NCBI RefSeq assembly: GCF_000143415.4 | Contig: NW_003314264.1 | Location: 1,113,650 to 1,177,649, forward strand | Reading direction: 5' to 3' | Source: Selaginella moellendorffii | Taxonomy: Eukaryota; Plantae; Lycopodiophyta | Length of the DNA stretch: 64,000 nt | Shown here: positions 59,522 through 64,000 of the stretch, in pieces | Layout of the letters: every line of letters begins with the position of its first letter | How positions within the stretch are numbered: position 1 is the stretch's first letter | Position numbers and translations under genes: made by a program | The notes under the pieces: model-generated | Databases searched by the model: none | Seen by the model: the letters and a program-made list of their open reading frames with translations, nothing else | Told to the model about the DNA's origin: nothing

Positions 59522-60365
59522 TCGGGACCGAGACCGAGACCGAGGCCGAGGCCGAGACCGAGCCCGAGCCCGAGTCCGAGTCCGAATCCGAATCCGAGTC
59601 CGAGTCCGAGTCCGAGTCCGGAGCCTGAGAGGGTGAAAGCCCAAAGCGTTCGTCTCCCAGACCCTGGGGGGTTTGGTGAGCTCCAAAAGTATAGTAGGGG
59701 GGAGGACTGCAGTGGAGCCAGTTTGGCCAGGAATGGCCAGTTTGGCCCAGGAAGGCCAGACCCAGTGTTGGGTGATGAACTGACCACTAGGAAGTCCAAG
59801 ACTAGAGTGAATACGGACCGACAAGCGGGGTAGCTTGGTGAAGTGTTCAAGAGCCGGCTCTAGTTCCCCCGGGAGATCGACTGGCCGATGCTCCCAGTCC
59901 AAGTGTGGGTGGCACTACCTACTTGGATACCAAGCGTGGCTCAACGGAACCTCGCTCTAAGCCCATGGCTAGAGCACCTAAAGGCGATAGGTGGGGAGAG
60001 TACCTAGGTGGCTCGCGTAAGGCCACGGTGCTCCGAAATGTCGTCCCAAAGGCCCAGACTGTGGAAAGGAAGAGGAGCAGTCCTCTGGGGTAGTGACCAA
60101 GGACACAGTCGTGTGGTGAGGAAGTCCCAGAGGACCGTGGGACCTAGTGGTCGGGCCTGTGGGCCTCGATCCAGTGGCAGTGTTGGCAAACACGGCAGGG
60201 GCAGAAAGGGACTTGGTAGGAACTGACAAAGGGACTTTGGGGAAGTCGATTCCCCAGGTTTGTGGGCATCCTAAGGATGCTAAGGAGTGGATCTAGGATG
60301 ACCCCTCGTAGACAGATGGCCCAGTCTTGGAGAGACGGGATGGTGATGCAAGTGGTATTGAACCA
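59014..60365 (+). mobile_element. Family B LTR, truncated by insertion of a second family B LTR
   Basis: Starts tgtgagacacaaaatccc; collinear with 60366-61889. Confidence 0.85.
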
Positions 60366-62148
60366 TGTGAGACACAAAATCCCTAGGCCCCAAAGTGGAG
60401 CCGGAAGGGTGCCATGTGGTAGTGGCCGAAGCAAAAGCCAAACGAGTGTAACACATTTGGACTAAAAGCTCCGACTGGGAAGGTTGAGAGCGGGAGTGGA
60501 ACTCCCAACAAAGTGCTCGAGGAACAAGCATGAAGTGAGCAATAAGCAAGGCTCCAAAAAGGGACCCAAAAAGGACCAACACATGACACGTGGAAGTGTC
60601 CGAGATGGAGTCTGAGGCAGACCCTAGTTGGAGTCCGATATGGAGTCCGAAGTGGAGTCTGAGATGGAGTCCGATATGGAGTCCGAGATGGACCCGAAGT
60701 GGAGTCTGAGATGGAGTCCGATATGGAGTCCGAGATGGACCCGAAGTGGAGTCCGAGGTGGACCGAGACGAAGTCCGAGATGGACCCGAGATGGAGTCCG
60801 AGATGGAGTCCGAGATGGACCCAAGATGGAGTCCGAGATGGAGTCCGAGGTGGACCGAGACAGAGTCCGAGATGGACCCGAGATGGAGTCCGAGATGGAC
60901 CGAGACAGAGTCTGAGATGGAGTCCGAGATGGAGTCCGAGATGGACCGAGACGGAGTCCGAGATGGAGTCCGAGATGGAGTCCGAGAAGGACCCGAGATG
61001 GAGTCCGAGGTCGAGATCGAGACCGAGACCGAGACCGAGATCGGGGCCGAGACCGAGACCGGGACCCGGACCGAGACCAAGACCGAGGCCAAGGCTGAGA
61101 CCGAGCCCGAGCCCGAGTCCGAGTCCGAGTCCGAGTCCGAGTCCGAGTCCGAGTCCGAGTTCGAGTCTGAGAGGGTGAAAGCCCAAAGCGTTCGTCTCCC
61201 AGACCCTGGGGGGTTTGGTGAGCTCCAAAAGTATAGTAGGGGGGAGGACTGCAGTGGAGCCAGTTTGGCCCAGGAAGGCCAGACCCAGTGTTGGGTGATG
61301 AACTGACCACTGGGAAGTCCAAGACTAGAGTGAATACGGACCGACAAGCGAGGTAGCTTGGTGAAGTGTTTAAGAGCCGGCTCTAGTTCCCCCGGGAGAT
61401 CGACTGGCCGATGCTCCCAGTCCAAGTGTGGGTGGCACTACCTACTTGGATACCAGGCGTGGCTCAACGGAACCTCGCTCTAAGCCCATGGCTAGAGCAC
61501 CTAAAGGCGATAGGTGGGGAGAGTACCCAGGTGGCTCGCGTAAGGCCACGGTGTTCTGAAATGTCGTCCCAAAGGCCCAGACTATGGAAAGGAAGAGGAG
61601 CAGTCCTCTGGGGTAGTGACCAAGGACACAGTCGTGTGGTGAGGAAGTCCCAGAGGACCGTGGGACCTAGTGGTCGGGCCTGTGGGCCTCGATCCAGTGG
61701 CAGTGTTGGCAAACACGGCCAGGGGCAGAAAGGGACTTGGTAGGAACTGACAAAGGGACTTTGGGGAAGTCGATTCCCCAGGTTTGTGGGCATCCTAAGG
61801 ATGCTAAGGAGTGGATCTAGGATGACCCCTCGTAGACAGATGGCCCAGTCTTGGAGAGACGGGATGGTGATGTAAGTGGTATTGGACCATATGCGCAGCA
61901 AAGGTGAATGGGCATGGCCTTAGCGTAACGGGCCGAGATGTCAGTGGTACCTTTGGGTGTCGGTCATGGGATCGGACACATGGAGCACTTGGACCAAGTG
62001 CAAAGGTTGAGTGGCATGGATGCCATTCTCGGGGCTAGCAAGCCCCAAGTCCTGAATGGGACTTATAGAGGTTGTGAATGAGACTCCTCCAAGTGGTCGG
62101 AGGTGTGGTTAAGTGACTAAAGTAGAATGGAAAAATTAGTCGCTTACA
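60366..62148 (+). mobile_element. Complete family B 5' LTR with a CCGAGATGGAGT/CCGAGA satellite, followed by PBS tggtatc
   Basis: TG..CTTACA termini; atttggtatc immediately downstream. Confidence 0.85.
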
Positions 62149-64000
62149 ATTTGGTATCCGACTTTTATTGGTGCTCAAGTATATCACCACTAGTGTTGGC
62201 ATCGGAAGGTCCGAGGAGTGGGCCTATCCTTGAGGAGTAGCAAGTCGGGAAGACATGGCTCTCCATTACAGTTCATGTGTGAACTTGTAGACGGGGTGGT
62301 GGATAGAAAAGGGCCAATAATGGAACGACTTTGGGATCTTGGGAACAGTATATGGTTTTCCTCAAAAAAAAAAAAAAGTTGAGGATGTGATCCAGATGAG
62401 CGTTTGACTTAGCAAACTGGCTAATGTAGTTGTGGTAAACAACTACAGTTGGGATCACGGGAAAGATAAAGACTCCAAAGCAATAAAGGAGTCATAAGAT
62501 TTTCCTCATATAGTTGAGGTTGGTGCTCATGAATGTGAGACCAAAAGTATTGACCGTGGAAGGTCAAATACAAAAGAGGACACAAGTCCTCGAAATGGTA
62601 GCCGAGGCTACCTCTAATAAATGCTGGAACAACCCAAGGAGTGGGGGTGTACTCAGAGGATGAGCTAGTATTTTCATCACATGGACAAGTGGTCCTAAGG
62701 GGCAAAAGGTTGCCCCAAGAGAACAAATTAAGTGTCAGAGTAACACTTGCAAAGATGATCCTTGGGAGTAGGACCTGAATACAAGAAGTTGTATTCCAGT
62801 GAGCTGGCACCTCAAAGGTAGGGCCTCATGGGTCGTTAGATGACAAAGTCCAAAACGCTGGATGACTCCAATAGAGTCAAGGAATAATCCTAAAGGATTG
62901 ATGGAAGCATTTGGACTGAGGTGTGTTTTACCCCACGAAGGATGGGGGGGGATCATAGGATCCAAGGATGAGAACAGAGGGTATCTCATCGATGGCAAAA
63001 TGTGTCGTGCTAAAGTCGTGGGAAAGGTGTTCCCAAATAGAAAACAACTTTGACACAAAGTTGTGTGTGACCTCTGTGGTGCCGTGCTAACAAATGGTTG
63101 GCATGAGAAAGAGCGGTATTGGTCTTGGCAAAGACTTAGACACAAAGAAAAAGTGTCATAGAGGTAGGTTCGTGGAGCCGATGGTGTAGAGACACCAAAT
63201 GTGCCAAGGTGTGATACCTTGAGGCTATGTTGGTGGGTTCATAAGAACCCCTTGCCAAAGGAATCCCAATGGAAATGGGAATGGCATAGCCTAATCTGCA
63301 GAGTATGCAGTTGGAGTGTGGTGACCCAGATAATGATGGAGGTGTGGAAGCACCAGCAATGAGTTGTAGGACTTGACGACTATGAGGCAACTAAGCGAGA
63401 GGTGCAAAATAATTGGTTAAACGGGTAGAAGGTAGCTACCCAAGCCTTCTTAATGGCATAGGGAAGTTGGATATACCCTTACGGGGGATAAGTTGCTTAT
63501 GTTGTGATATAGTAAGTCAATGTCATAAAAGGAAATACTCATTGTCAAGAAAGCCATCATTGGGACACCCGAACACTCGAGAACACTAGGAGGTGGTGCT
63601 TGATGTCGCGAGGGCAATAGATAAAGCCCAAGGGACTAAGTCTCTAGCGAATGATGGATAGAAGGTGCTATCCAAATGTCCAAATGGCGGAGACAGGAGA
63701 AGACTGTCTACTCGAATTGGACAAAACCAAAATTGGAATTTTGGCAAGGCTAGTGATGGGCATGTAAAGGCCCGTAAGCAACAATGTAATCCCGGTGTGC
63801 GGGATTATAGGGTGAGCATACTTGGATTGAAGAACCACTCCCTAGGCTATTGGGTAGGTTCATCCCTAAGAATACTTGCTAAGGCATGATAGAAAGTGCA
63901 AAGCTATCCTCCTAGTCGGGAGGAGAATGGCTAAAGGAAAGGTGTGAAGCCAAAAGCAAGTAGTAAGGGGATAGAACCAAACCATAGGAATCGAAGGGCA
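62149..64000 (+). mobile_element. Degenerate internal region of the family B element (runs off window)
   Basis: Follows the PBS; no intact ORF. Confidence 0.5.

Noticed and set aside
59620-59650. Hammerhead ribozyme (retrozyme) in the LTR
   Set aside because: ctgaga..gaaa lacks the CUGANGA core and the correct stem II/GAAA arrangement
59005-61425. Long ORFs with RS/GL/ESE repeats
   Set aside because: Artefacts of stop-free hexamer satellites in LTRs, open in several frames on both strands

Overview
Eukaryotic, plant-type genomic DNA. Tiny ~50-nt introns, SS-rich PLS-PPR genes and telo-boxes suggest a lycophyte such as Selaginella (inference only). About two thirds of the window is transposon-derived and deeply nested. 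Contents: (1) a decayed DDD/E DNA transposon (Sola-like) studded with a 22-bp palindrome, and its 288-bp MITE derivative 52 kb away; (2) degenerate Ty3/Gypsy copies and a non-coding LARD-like element; (3) a three-level nest in which a young chromovirus (35072-42570) sits in a gag-only, apparently self-priming mini-LTR element (34299-43550), itself inside the LARD-like host; (4) an LTR inserted in an LTR of its own family at the right end. Host genes: EFG1, several PPR genes and pseudogenes (one DYW-like), B-lectin pseudogenes, and a Crinkler-type NTPase+REase protein. The most striking observation is that the chromovirus pol gene is split by host-sized spliceosomal introns. One cuts the integrase HPQTDGQTE catalytic motif, so the element would need spliced mRNA for protein but unspliced RNA for replication.
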